Shown: positions 16,230 through 25,189 of the stretch, piece after piece
Position numbering within the stretch: position 1 is the first letter of the stretch
Layout of the letters: every line of letters begins with the position of its first letter
DNA from: a virus
Lineage: Duplodnaviria > Caudoviricetes
Length of the DNA: 28,084 nt
Direction: 5' to 3' (one strand)
IMG/VR virus record: IMGVR_UViG_3300042938_000185
Coordinates: 1-28,084 of that record
Made by a program: the position numbers and the translations under genes
Notes under the pieces: generated by a model
The model's database searches: none
The model's input: the letters and a program-made list of their open reading frames with translations, nothing else
What the model was told of the DNA's origin: nothing

Positions 16230-19200
16230 ATGGAGTTTAACGGTAATAATCCTAATGGTTTAAATCAGACTAGTGTAAATAGTATATCACTTTTTGTAAG
16301 TGGTGCAGCTATATTAAACGCATCATCTGAATCTATAAGTATTGTAGGAAACTTCAGTGCTTCTAAAATACAAACGGATGAAATTGATTCATTTGGTAAT
16401 AATCCGTTACAAATAAAAGCAAACACACAAATTAGTGGTTCGGCTAATATTTCATCATCAATATCGGCATCTTTATTTAGAGGAGATGGTAGTGGATTAT
16501 TCAATATAAACGCATCATCAATTGGTGATTTGGATAGATTAAAATCAGGTTCAGCAACAGCTATAATTTCTCCAAATAGAGGATTAGAAGTAAATACTGC
16601 AGTAACTATAAGAGATTATCTTATTGTAACTGGTAGTGGTATTTTTAGAGGTGATGTAACTGTAGCTGGAAAAATAAATACAACTGAATTATTTGCAACA
16701 TATATTTCATCATCAATAATCTACGCAAGTGGAAGTAACAAATTTGGTGATGCACAAAACGATAAGCAAGAATTTACTGGTAGTGTAGGAATTACGGGCT
16801 CATTATCATTTGGAATTGGTTCACTAAAACCAGATATAACAACCGATGATGTATTAGTTTATAATTCTACAACTGGTAGAATTGGTTTTAAAACAGCAGC
16901 GGCAACATCAGGTACATCAGGAACTTCTGGAACTTCAGGTACAACTGGTTCGGCAGGTACATCCGGAACTTCTGGAACATCTGGCACGAGTGGAAGCAGT
17001 GGTACATCGGGAACTTCTGGAAGTAGTGGTACATCTGGCTCTACTGGTAGTGCTGGTACATCAGGAACTTCTGGTTCAACTGGTTCATCGGGTACAACTG
17101 GTTCGGCAGGTACATCGGGAACTTCTGGAACATCTGGCACGAGTGGAAGTAGTGGGACTAGTGGTAGTGCTGGTACATCAGGAACTTCTGGCACAAGCGG
17201 TACAAATGGTTCGGCTGGTACAACAGGCTCAGCTGGAACTTCTGGTAGTGGTGGTACAACAGGTTCAGCAGGAACTTCTGGCACACGTGGTACAAGCGGC
17301 ACATCAGGAACGTCTGGTTCAGCAGGAACTTCTGGTTCGGCTGGAACATCTGGTACGAATGCATCGGCTGGTACATCTGGTGTAAGTGGTACAACCGGTT
17401 CTTCGGGAACTTCTGGTGTAAGTGGCACTTCGGGAACTTCTGGCACAAGCGGTACTGCTGGTAGTGGTGGTATAACTGGAGGAGGTGGTACAAATGGAAC
17501 TAGTGGTACATCAGGAACTTCTGGTAGTGGTGGTACATCGGGAACTTCTGGAAGCAGAGGCACATCAGGAACTTCTGGTTCATCAGGAATAAGTGGAGCC
17601 GGTGGGGGTAGTGGTTCATCAGGAACTTCTGGTACAAGTGGTACATCAGGAACTTCTGGAAGTGGAGGTACATCGGGAACTTCTGGTATAAGTGGAGTAC
17701 AAGGTTCATCAGGTTCTAATGGAACTTCTGGTACTAGTGGAAGTAGAGGCACAAGTGGAACATCGGGAACTTCTGGTATAAGTGGAGTACAAGGTTCATC
17801 TGGAACTTCAGGAACTTCTGGTATAAATGGAGTGCAGGGTTCGTCTGGGTCTGCTGGTACAAGTGGAGTGAGTGGTTCTGCAGGAAGTAGTGGCACGAGT
17901 GGAACTTCTGGTGTGAGTGGTTCGGCTGGAAGTAGTGGTACGAGCGGAAGTAGTGGTACAAGCGGTAGCAGCGGAACAAGCGGTAGTAGTGGTACAAGTG
18001 GAAGCTCTGGAACTTCTGGTGTGAGTGGTTCGGCTGGAAGTAGTGGAACAAGCGGAAGTAGTGGCACATCTGGCACAAGCGGTAGTAGTGGAACAAGCGG
18101 TTCATCAGGAACTTCTGGAAGTAGTGGTACGAGCGGAAGTAGTGGTACATCTGGAACAAGCGGTAGTAGTGGAACAAGCGGTTCATCAGGAACTTCTGGA
18201 GTTAGTGGTACATCTGGCACAAGCGGAAGTAGTGGTACATCTGGAACAAGCGGAAGTAGAGGTACATCAGGAACTTCTGGTTCGTCTGGCACCTCAGGAA
18301 CTTCTGGAAGTAGTGGTACATCAGGAACTTCTGGTTCAGCAGGTACATCGGGATTATTATCATTAACAGGTACAACTGATAATGGTGTAATCACATTAAA
18401 CGGAACTGCTCCAAACGCAACCGTTGAAGCAAATTTAAGATTTGATGGTACTACATTAGCAGTAACTGGTAACGCTACAATTAGTGGTGACCTTACTGTA
18501 AGTGGTACAACAACATATATTAATACAACAACTTTAAATGTAGGTGATAATATCATTACATTAAATGCAGATATTGGAGCAGCAACTGCACCAACTGAAA
18601 ATGCTGGTATAGAAGTTAAGAGAGGAAACGCAGCAACAAAACAATTTATTTGGGATGAGGGTAATGATAGATGGTCATTTGATGATAATACATATGTAAA
18701 TGGAAATATTCAGGGAACTGGTAACATTGTTATATCAGGTACAATTAATACTGGACAAGGTGTAACTGAGGTTTATTTAATGGACCAAAACGTAAGAACT
18801 ACCGATGGTGTAACATTCGCAACCGTTAATACTGGACAGGGTGCTAACGAATTATACGCAATGAACCAAAATGTTAGAACAACTGATTCGGTTCAATTTG
18901 GTAGTACAGTTGGTGTAAGAAATACAACAGCAGCATCTAATAGTAATTTACAATTAGGAAATGATGTTTCTGTAAATGGAGCTGGAGCTGCATTATTTGG
19001 AAGTACATACGCGGCATCTGGTCAATATAGAGCAAATGGTGGATATTTTTATAGTAACTTAGCAGGTGGTTTAACATTACATGCAGAAGGAGCTAATACA
19101 ATGTATTTAGCAACTAATGGTACAACTGGTATGCAAATGAACTCTACACAAAGAGTAGGATTTGGTACAACGGATTTTTCATACACAACTACCGATAACA

Positions 19201-22200
19201 CATCAGTAATTGATACAATATCAAATAACAGAATATTCATAAATGGATCTGTACAATTAATAAATAATAATGATGCCTTTGTAATTGGTAGAGGTACTTC
19301 AACTTTCTTAAGAGATGAAGAAATTGGATTTGGTTGGGGTGGTGGTTGGTATATGACAGATGGCACATACCTAAGAGTTAGAGGTGATAAATTCGTTTAC
19401 AGTGGTGGAAATGCAAGATTTGATGGTACAATTTATGTGGGTGGTACAACATATTATATTAATAGTGGTACATCTAATTTATATTCATTAACTCTTAATA
19501 ATAACGGCACAAATATTACTATGAATGGTAATAGTGCAGCCGAAGGTATTAGAATGCAGGCTGTTAATTCAACTACATATCCTGTATTTTTAAGGTCAGT
19601 AAATCCATCAGGTGGTGGGGAAACATCTCCTTGGATTTACAAAGAAGAATCTACACCTTGGGGTATTTGGCATAATAATCCAATAAACACAATTGATTTT
19701 ACTAGAGCACAAACTTCTGGTATTGAAAATAATGTTGGTGGTGGTACGAATACTGTAATGCTGAGAATGGATATGGCAAATGGTGATATGACAGCATATC
19801 GCTATATGTACGCACAAAGATATTACGATTATAGTGATAACGCATATTATTTAGACCCTAATGGTACATCAATATTATCTGTTTTAAAAACTGGAGGTAA
19901 TATTTCAACTAGAACTAATAATGGTTCAACATTATTTGGTATGTTTGTTCCGGATGGTAAATATTTTACTAGAAACTGGAGTGGAGCAGATGGTGGATTT
20001 ATTTGGCCCGATACAACATATAGAAGTGGATTAAGTGATGCACCTATTGGTGATGTTGCATTTGCTGGTAGTAGTGCGTGGAGTGGGCATAGACAATCTG
20101 GATGGGTAGCAATTGACCCAACTAAAACTTATAAAGTATCAGCTTGGATTAGAGCAACATCTGGTAATCCATATTGTTATTTATCATTTACACAAGCAAC
20201 TTATAACTACGGACAACCTGATAATGGTGGATGGGGACAACCTTACTATTGGAATGGAGTTCCACCTGCTTCTTGGACTCAATATACAATGACAATCGGA
20301 CCAGCTGGTTCTGGTGCTGGATATACTTGGTATGGATATGCAAAATTTATGCAATTGGGTTGGTTACACAATTATCTATATAGTGGATACAGTGGACAAG
20401 CTGAAATAGCAGGATTTAAAATCGAAGAATTAGATACAGCAATAGCAGCTGGGTCTGAGGCATTGGGTGATTTTTACGCTAATAGATTTATTGATAGAAA
20501 TGATGGAACATATCTTTTTGATGGAGATGGACAATCTCGTATAAATAGATTAAATATTAGTACAGGTCAAGTACAAGCTTCAAATAATGCTGGTGGTAGA
20601 TTAAGGGTTTCATCTTATACAAATGGTGAAAGTGAAATTAACGGAAATACATATAACTTACATTTAGGACCTTATTCTACTAGAAGTGGTACTGGTTATT
20701 ACGCTGGTATTGCAATAAATGGTTTATTAAATTATAGTGGAGGTACTTCATATGATGTTGCACCACATATTTGGCTTGGAGCACAATATAGAGATACACC
20801 TGGTTCAGAACGTTCTGATTTTATTATAGGAATTAAATCTGGAACTGGTACATCTGGAACTGGTACTGATTTACCTCAAGTTAGAGTAAGAGTGGATTAT
20901 GATGGTATAATGACTGTAAGTAATAGAGTTACGGTATCTAATATATTCTCTGATTATCGTTATGATACTGGTGGTACATTTTTATATAGAGCAGGTAGTG
21001 GTGCTGGTACAACAAGACATATAAATTTATCAAACTCTACAACTGACCCATCGCAAGCATCTGTTGATAGTGGTATTACTTGGGGACAGAGAACGGATAG
21101 CCAACCTTATTATATGATTCATCCTAGAAATTATAGTAATGGATATTATTCTGGTAATCACTTACAATTAGCATGGCATACTGGTGTTGATATTGGAGCA
21201 GCATCTGGATATGGTGGAACTAGATTCTTTAATAACTCACCATTTGCAGGAACTGAAATTGGTTCATTTGGTAAGAGTGATAATTATCTAAGAGCAGACT
21301 ATGGTGTTTTGGCACCAAGATATTATGATATATCTAATACTGGATACTATTTTGATGGACTTGATGGTACTAATTTACAATACCTTAATGTTAATGGAAA
21401 TTGGGGTAGTAATCCATTTGGTTCATCTCATGCACAACTTGTTATTACTGGTACTTACGCTTCTATATATCAAACATCAACTAATGGTAACTTAGGATAT
21501 ATGTTACAACACATAGCTACCGATGGGGCATGGTATTTGTATGGTGGTAGAGGTGCTGTTAATGGAAGTAGTTGGGATTGGTCACAAAGAAACTATCCAA
21601 CCCAAGATGGTTCATATGTAGAATTTAGAACAAGTGCTAGAGCACCAGTATTCTACGATAGAGATGATACTGGGTATTTATTAGACCCAGCTACTAATGG
21701 AACTGCATTGCGTATTTTTGGTATGGCTAGAATTGGTGGATGGACTGCCGGTAATTACAATGAAAACATTAGATTGGTAGATGCTCAAAATAATTACTCT
21801 GTAATTACTTTTGGTGCTAGTGGTGAAGCTGGAGCTGGTAGATTTAATATATTAAAAAATCCATCTGACCAACTTGAACTTAGAAATGTATCATCTGCAA
21901 CGTTTTGGTATTGGGACCAAGGTGGTACGGCATGGTCTACTACATCTATGAGAGCTCCGGTATTTTATGATTCGGCAGATTCAACATTCCGTTTAGATTT
22001 AAATTCATCATCAAGATTAAGAAACTTATATGTTGGTGATTCTGGTAGTGATTGGGTAGATGAGGGGGGATGGGGTTCTCAAATCCACATTTCAAATGCA
22101 CCCCACTCAATTTTAAGAGTGTATGCTAGAAATGAAGGAATTCAAACTGGTATATACTCTCACGTTGGTGGTTTATCAGCAGTTGGTAGTTTTACAAATC

Positions 22201-24155
22201 ATAATCTTAGATTACTTAGAAATGGTGGAACTAGAATGTTATTATATTCTGGATACACATATTCAGAAGGATACTTTGAAGCAGCAGATTCATTAAGAGC
22301 ACCATTGTTTTATGATAGTAATAATACAGGATATTATAGTGACCAAGCCGGAACATCATACTACAATATATTTGGTGCAAACAAAATGAGAGCAGATACC
22401 AATAGACAATACGGAGATAACTCTGGCTGGTGGGCACATGACCCTTATGGATATGGTTGGGGTAAACCGTATGGTTCGTTCCGTTCATTGGAGGTATCAA
22501 CTTCTGGTAACTTCTCTACGGAGCCGGCAATGTTCCGTATTCACCAATGGGGTTCTGGTTCTTGTGAGTGGTGGAAACCTCAAGGTACTACTGTTTACTT
22601 GAGAGAAACTCCTGGTGGTGGTGGTTCTTGGTTTACTAGATATGTGATTGAGAGATATGCGGAAAATACTGAAAGTTTTAGAGCACCAATATTCTATGAT
22701 TCTAATAATACTGGATATTTTTTAAATCCTGATAGTATATCAAATCTTGCAATATTAAGAGTAACGGCAGCATCAAGTGGATATTCGGCAATGTTTGGAC
22801 CATATACATTATCTACGAATGGTGTTACAATGGTACTTGCAGATGATAATAGATATAGTGTTCAGGTAAACGCACCATATTATCCACACTTAGGAGTTTC
22901 AGCATATGCAAATAGTGGTAATGGTACACATGGTGCATGTTTATCATTGACTGGATTCAAAACAGCAGGTGGATATAGAAGATTTGTAATGGGAGTTGCA
23001 AACCAAAACCCTGATGAATTATCATTTGGTTGGTTCGATAATGCAGATAACCCTCACTATGGAGTAGGTATTAACTGGTCATATCCCGCATCTGTTTGGT
23101 ATGATACTGGACACAACTGGCATGCTAGAGGTTCGATGAGAGCACCAATATTCTATGATAGAGATAACACAGGATATTATACTGACCCTACTGGATATTC
23201 TCAAATGAGTTCTGGTGAATTCAATAACTATTGTAGAATAGCTCGTTTAGATTTTACTGGTGTTGGTGGTAACTCTGGACAAGGTACACACGGATATTCT
23301 ATATACCAAGAAGGTGGTGGATGGGGTTATCCTTATCCGGATTTAAGAATTGGATATCATACTGGTATTAAATTGGGAGCAAACGCTGGTTCTTATGAAG
23401 GAACTAGAGTTTATTCTGATTACGATATGAGTGACTTGTGTATTCAATTAGCAGGTTCATCTAACTATTCATTTAAGTATAAGTGGATGTACACAGCTAA
23501 CTATACTGGATTTTATGCTGGTGAGAACGGAGCACACTGGTATCCAAACAACGTTACTTATGGTTCGTGGAGAATGGAAGGTAATAGAAATGGTTGGTAT
23601 GGTCATAGAATTGAATCATCTTACGCACCTCACTTAATGTTTGAAAGTGGTAATGGTGGTATCTACTTCCAAGACGATGGAAGGTGGATGTTCTATCATT
23701 CACACGGAAATAACTGTACTGGTATTGGAACATCATCAACAGCTGGTGGATATGCAATATATTGTAATGGTGGGGTTTACGCAACAGGCAACATCGTAGC
23801 ATATTCGGATATAAGAAAGAAAAAGGATATTGTTACAGTTGATAACGCTTTGGATAAAGTTTTACAATTAAGAGGTATTTACTATACTAAAATTTATAAT
23901 GAAAGTGATACTATTCCTGATGGTGGAGCTGATAAAAGACAGTTGGGAGTAATTGCACAAGAAGTAAATGAAGTTGTTCCTGAAGTTGTATCATACACAG
24001 AAGATTTAGATGAATATGCGGTGGCATATGGTAATTTTGCAGGTTTATTTATTGAAGCATTCAAAGAACAAAACGAAATTGTAAAAAAACAATCAGAAGA
24101 AATTAAAGAATTAAAAGAAATTTTAAATAATTTAATACTTAATAATAAAGGATAA
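16230..24155 (+). CDS. Long tail fibre / receptor-binding protein (2641 aa) with Gly-X-Y tract and C-terminal intramolecular chaperone (peptidase S74-type)
   Basis: GTS tract, an ENAGIEVKRG shaft motif, and modules separated by RAPxFYD..TGYY.DP joints. The C-terminal AY-SDIRKKKDI..ALDKVLQLRG..LGVIAQEV..VPEVV..VAYGN..IEAFKE plus coiled coil is the S74 autocleaving chaperone (Ser codon at 23805), which implies a trimer. Confidence 0.9.
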   Translation: MEFNGNNPNGLNQTSVNSISLFVSGAAILNASSESISIVGNFSASKIQTDEIDSFGNNPLQIKANTQISGSANISSSISASLFRGDGSGLFNINASSIGDLDRLKSGSATAIISPNRGLEVNTAVTIRDYLIVTGSGIFRGDVTVAGKINTTELFATYISSSIIYASGSNKFGDAQNDKQEFTGSVGITGSLSFGIGSLKPDITTDDVLVYNSTTGRIGFKTAAATSGTSGTSGTSGTTGSAGTSGTSGTSGTSGSSGTSGTSGSSGTSGSTGSAGTSGTSGSTGSSGTTGSAGTSGTSGTSGTSGSSGTSGSAGTSGTSGTSGTNGSAGTTGSAGTSGSGGTTGSAGTSGTRGTSGTSGTSGSAGTSGSAGTSGTNASAGTSGVSGTTGSSGTSGVSGTSGTSGTSGTAGSGGITGGGGTNGTSGTSGTSGSGGTSGTSGSRGTSGTSGSSGISGAGGGSGSSGTSGTSGTSGTSGSGGTSGTSGISGVQGSSGSNGTSGTSGSRGTSGTSGTSGISGVQGSSGTSGTSGINGVQGSSGSAGTSGVSGSAGSSGTSGTSGVSGSAGSSGTSGSSGTSGSSGTSGSSGTSGSSGTSGVSGSAGSSGTSGSSGTSGTSGSSGTSGSSGTSGSSGTSGSSGTSGTSGSSGTSGSSGTSGVSGTSGTSGSSGTSGTSGSRGTSGTSGSSGTSGTSGSSGTSGTSGSAGTSGLLSLTGTTDNGVITLNGTAPNATVEANLRFDGTTLAVTGNATISGDLTVSGTTTYINTTTLNVGDNIITLNADIGAATAPTENAGIEVKRGNAATKQFIWDEGNDRWSFDDNTYVNGNIQGTGNIVISGTINTGQGVTEVYLMDQNVRTTDGVTFATVNTGQGANELYAMNQNVRTTDSVQFGSTVGVRNTTAASNSNLQLGNDVSVNGAGAALFGSTYAASGQYRANGGYFYSNLAGGLTLHAEGANTMYLATNGTTGMQMNSTQRVGFGTTDFSYTTTDNTSVIDTISNNRIFINGSVQLINNNDAFVIGRGTSTFLRDEEIGFGWGGGWYMTDGTYLRVRGDKFVYSGGNARFDGTIYVGGTTYYINSGTSNLYSLTLNNNGTNITMNGNSAAEGIRMQAVNSTTYPVFLRSVNPSGGGETSPWIYKEESTPWGIWHNNPINTIDFTRAQTSGIENNVGGGTNTVMLRMDMANGDMTAYRYMYAQRYYDYSDNAYYLDPNGTSILSVLKTGGNISTRTNNGSTLFGMFVPDGKYFTRNWSGADGGFIWPDTTYRSGLSDAPIGDVAFAGSSAWSGHRQSGWVAIDPTKTYKVSAWIRATSGNPYCYLSFTQATYNYGQPDNGGWGQPYYWNGVPPASWTQYTMTIGPAGSGAGYTWYGYAKFMQLGWLHNYLYSGYSGQAEIAGFKIEELDTAIAAGSEALGDFYANRFIDRNDGTYLFDGDGQSRINRLNISTGQVQASNNAGGRLRVSSYTNGESEINGNTYNLHLGPYSTRSGTGYYAGIAINGLLNYSGGTSYDVAPHIWLGAQYRDTPGSERSDFIIGIKSGTGTSGTGTDLPQVRVRVDYDGIMTVSNRVTVSNIFSDYRYDTGGTFLYRAGSGAGTTRHINLSNSTTDPSQASVDSGITWGQRTDSQPYYMIHPRNYSNGYYSGNHLQLAWHTGVDIGAASGYGGTRFFNNSPFAGTEIGSFGKSDNYLRADYGVLAPRYYDISNTGYYFDGLDGTNLQYLNVNGNWGSNPFGSSHAQLVITGTYASIYQTSTNGNLGYMLQHIATDGAWYLYGGRGAVNGSSWDWSQRNYPTQDGSYVEFRTSARAPVFYDRDDTGYLLDPATNGTALRIFGMARIGGWTAGNYNENIRLVDAQNNYSVITFGASGEAGAGRFNILKNPSDQLELRNVSSATFWYWDQGGTAWSTTSMRAPVFYDSADSTFRLDLNSSSRLRNLYVGDSGSDWVDEGGWGSQIHISNAPHSILRVYARNEGIQTGIYSHVGGLSAVGSFTNHNLRLLRNGGTRMLLYSGYTYSEGYFEAADSLRAPLFYDSNNTGYYSDQAGTSYYNIFGANKMRADTNRQYGDNSGWWAHDPYGYGWGKPYGSFRSLEVSTSGNFSTEPAMFRIHQWGSGSCEWWKPQGTTVYLRETPGGGGSWFTRYVIERYAENTESFRAPIFYDSNNTGYFLNPDSISNLAILRVTAASSGYSAMFGPYTLSTNGVTMVLADDNRYSVQVNAPYYPHLGVSAYANSGNGTHGACLSLTGFKTAGGYRRFVMGVANQNPDELSFGWFDNADNPHYGVGINWSYPASVWYDTGHNWHARGSMRAPIFYDRDNTGYYTDPTGYSQMSSGEFNNYCRIARLDFTGVGGNSGQGTHGYSIYQEGGGWGYPYPDLRIGYHTGIKLGANAGSYEGTRVYSDYDMSDLCIQLAGSSNYSFKYKWMYTANYTGFYAGENGAHWYPNNVTYGSWRMEGNRNGWYGHRIESSYAPHLMFESGNGGIYFQDDGRWMFYHSHGNNCTGIGTSSTAGGYAIYCNGGVYATGNIVAYSDIRKKKDIVTVDNALDKVLQLRGIYYTKIYNESDTIPDGGADKRQLGVIAQEVNEVVPEVVSYTEDLDEYAVAYGNFAGLFIEAFKEQNEIVKKQSEEIKELKEILNNLILNNKG
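16911..18353 (+). repeat. In-register Gly-X-Y (GTS/GSS) tract, ~480 aa (~160 triplets)
   Basis: The register is never broken; one G>A substitution (GTN-ASA). No Pro, Asp or Glu; four Arg. Confidence 0.97.
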
Positions 24156-24159
24156 TAAT

Positions 24160-24591
24160 ATGGCACTAATTAAAGATTATGAATTACCTGGAACTGGATT
24201 GGTTGCACCAAACGCATACCACGTAGTTACAAATGTAAAAGTTGAAAAAAGAATTGCAGATTTCAAACAACCTGTTGATAATTCTAGACCAGATGGGTTG
24301 ACACCAATGGATAGAAGTGTAGGTAGTGAAGTTTATTGGAAAGCGGGATATACGGCAGAAGTAGCAGTAACTATTTGGAAAGATAGAGAAGCAAGAGATA
24401 ATGATTCTATTCCAATTGGATTTATTGGAAAAAATCCATCCGATAATAAACATGGTGTTACGGTTGGAACTGCTGGTATGGACCATAAGTGCGTATTTTT
24501 TTTAGAAGTACCATCTGAATTAGACCATATGGCACAAGCATATAGACATTTATTAACTACTGATTATTATAGTGGTTCATTGGAAGTTTAA
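24160..24591 (+). CDS. Hypothetical protein (143 aa), probably fibre-associated
   Basis: ATG 4 nt after the fibre stop; codon usage like neighbouring genes. Function inferred from position only. Confidence 0.7.
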   Translation: MALIKDYELPGTGLVAPNAYHVVTNVKVEKRIADFKQPVDNSRPDGLTPMDRSVGSEVYWKAGYTAEVAVTIWKDREARDNDSIPIGFIGKNPSDNKHGVTVGTAGMDHKCVFFLEVPSELDHMAQAYRHLLTTDYYSGSLEV

Positions 24592-24612
24592 AAATAAAAA
24601 GTAAAAATACTT

Positions 24613-24621
24613 ATATTTATA
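24613..24621 (+). promoter_or_regulatory. ATATTTATA motif, putative late promoter
   Basis: Intergenic, ending 24 nt upstream of ATG 24646. Confidence 0.55.
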
Positions 24622-24645
24622 TAATATAAACACAAATAATTTATT

Positions 24646-25050
24646 ATGGGATTAACATATACGTGGGAACTAACCGCATTGAAAAAACAAAATTCTGAAA
24701 ATTTTGAAAATATAGTTGTTGGTACTAATTGGAAACTAACTGGTACTGATGAAGATGGTAATTTTGGAATTTTTAATGGTGCAACGCCATTTACACCTCA
24801 AGATTTAAATGGGGATGGATTTGTTGATTATCAGGACCTTACTGAAGATTTAGTATTAGGTTGGATTAAAAACCATGTAAGTGGTTCTACTGGAAGTAAT
24901 TATATGAATCATATAAACGGACAAATTCAAAAAGAAATAGATAATAAGAAATACGCTAGAATCGAAGTTGGTACAGCTGATTTACCTTGGTCTCCAACAT
25001 CTGGAAGTAATACATACCCAACACCTTCTGGTTCTGTTCCGGGTTATTAA
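24646..25050 (+). CDS. Conserved small phage protein (134 aa) of the type commonly following S74 fibres
   Basis: TYTW..V..NWKLTGTD..G...FVDYQDLTEDLVLGWIK..LPW pattern recalled from widespread uncharacterised phage proteins. Confidence 0.7.
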   Translation: MGLTYTWELTALKKQNSENFENIVVGTNWKLTGTDEDGNFGIFNGATPFTPQDLNGDGFVDYQDLTEDLVLGWIKNHVSGSTGSNYMNHINGQIQKEIDNKKYARIEVGTADLPWSPTSGSNTYPTPSGSVPGY

Positions 25051-25069
25051 TTGATTAAAACAAAATTAT

Positions 25070-25122
25070 AAATGTCCAAAGTGCAGATTTAATAATAAAT
25101 TTGTGTTTTGGACATTTTCTTT
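25070..25122 (+). terminator. 21-bp RNA stem-loop with U-rich tail; putative intrinsic terminator or processing site
   Basis: AAATGTCCAAAGTGCAGATTT-aataat-AAATTTGTGTTTTGGACATTT pairs fully when four G-U wobbles are allowed, and runs into TTTTCTTT. Confidence 0.7.
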
Positions 25123-25131
25123 ATATTTATA
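25123..25131 (+). promoter_or_regulatory. ATATTTATA motif, putative late promoter of the sheath gene
   Basis: Directly after the hairpin, ending 58 nt upstream of ATG 25190. Confidence 0.55.
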
Positions 25132-25189
25132 TGAGTATTAATGTAAGTAATTACTAATACGCAATTAAAATACAAATAGAAGAAACAAA

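Noticed and set aside
10620-18353. CRISPR array or non-coding satellite interpretation of the short repeats
   Set aside because: No constant repeat with unique spacers; variation concentrates at synonymous positions within open frames.
16859-18556. 565-aa minus-strand Pro-rich ORF and other alternate-frame ORFs over both GTS tracts
   Set aside because: Same shadow effect from low-complexity 9-bp periodicity.
18741-18900. Tandem 27-aa duplication (NTGQG..E.Y.M.QNVRTTD.V.F)
   Set aside because: Real, but an ordinary fibre shaft repeat.
14191-24155. Diversity-generating retroelement target or invertase-driven shufflon
   Set aside because: No reverse transcriptase, no adenine-specific TR/VR pair, no recombinase and no inverted cassettes in the window; cannot be excluded elsewhere in the genome.
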